DNA of 64,000 nucleotides from Hormiphora californensis. Its lineage: Eukaryota; Animalia; Ctenophora. A model generated the notes under the pieces. That model did not search any database, was not told the DNA's origin, and worked only from the letters and a program-made list of their open reading frames with translations. Of this stretch, positions 63,134 to 64,000 are shown in pieces (positions within the stretch are counted from its first letter, which is position 1; every line of letters starts with the position of its first letter). The stretch is from assembly GCA_020137815.1 (NCBI GenBank), contig CM035350.1:7812001-7876000 (forward strand), in the 5' to 3' direction. The translations under genes and the position numbers were made by a program.

Positions 63134-64000
63134 GAGTGTGTGAAAGAGAGAGATAGAATTGGAGTGACTCGGCGTGTTGTGTTTGAGAAAAAGAAAGAAA
63201 GCAAAAGACAGCAAGTCTGCAGCATTTCCAAAAACTTGTAAGGGTGTGAACACACGCCCAAGTTGCAACATAGACCACACCAATACCAAATTAACCAATA
63301 TATAGGCAACACACACATAGCAATACAACTCTGTGACTCATATTGTAACTGGGCATTACAATATATGACACCATGTCTGGGATATATGACGCACGGTAAA
63401 ATATACAAAATCATACAGATATAGCTCCTACCAGTAATATATCAGAGCAATTCAACAGAGACGCGGCGTACTTTATATTATGATTAATCACGCAATATTA
63501 TGTGATCACTTTGCTAGCAAGCTACGTACTAAGACATAAACACGGAAAGCAGATGTACTCTCTGATTGAGAATATAATGTGAATTGATTATACAGTGAAC
63601 TCTGCTGTAGGAATATAATTCGACGCTGCATGAAGGGCAATTGTGTGTGATAGACTGTGTGAAGTGGACGTTCAGTGAGTTTTTTTTCTGCACTTTTTGT
63701 ATGCACACTCTCTCTATTTCTCTCTCTATTTCTCTCTATCTTTATCCCTCCTTCCATCTTTCTCTCTGCCTGCCTTCCTGTCTCCTCTAAGGGCCGGGAC
63801 GTCTAGACGTGCGGCGGCGGCATAGAATATGGGGACAGGTAGGGGGCTACTAGAATGTACTAGAAAACACTCGGCGGCACATACAGGATGTATAAATTCA
63901 CGTGTCCATGCAAGACCGGGGGATTACAATTTAGCACACTCGACATATGCATGGACAGTGGAAAATTTCATAAAGGAGCAGGAGAAAGATTCATAAAGGA

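Overview
Eukaryotic (animal) genomic DNA: compact, intron-containing genes, many (AG)n/(CT)n microsatellites and a high load of non-autonomous DNA transposons. Gene density, small introns and the repeat landscape suggest a ctenophore such as Pleurobrachia; this is an inference, not verified. Genes spliced by eye, left to right: CNOT11 (5' part, -), AIMP1/EMAP-II (-), HERPUD (+), an RIIa docking-domain protein with a long AEPEVA/AEPETA tail (-), a PH + RasGEF gene (-), a dual-specificity phosphatase (+), an orphan gene (+), DNAJC11 (+), an IRF transcription factor (-) with an intronic tRNA-Thr(AGT), LAMTOR3 (-), intronless DR1 (-), and the 3' part of an ARHGAP21/23-like RhoGAP (-). Main observations: (1) all 10 genes with a locatable start have a 3'-splice-acceptor-like AG within 10 nt upstream of the ATG, and eight sit in three tight co-oriented clusters, as expected for SL trans-splicing or operons; (2) four long, near-perfect intronic palindromes with TSD types of different transposon superfamilies; the largest is a 5.8-kb foldback in the IRF gene that captured an RNase H LINE in one arm while the other arm keeps the empty site; (3) stacks of nested TA-targeting MITEs. 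About 18.2-21.7 kb looks like unpolished, error-rich assembly. Exon boundaries were read manually and may be off by a few bases.
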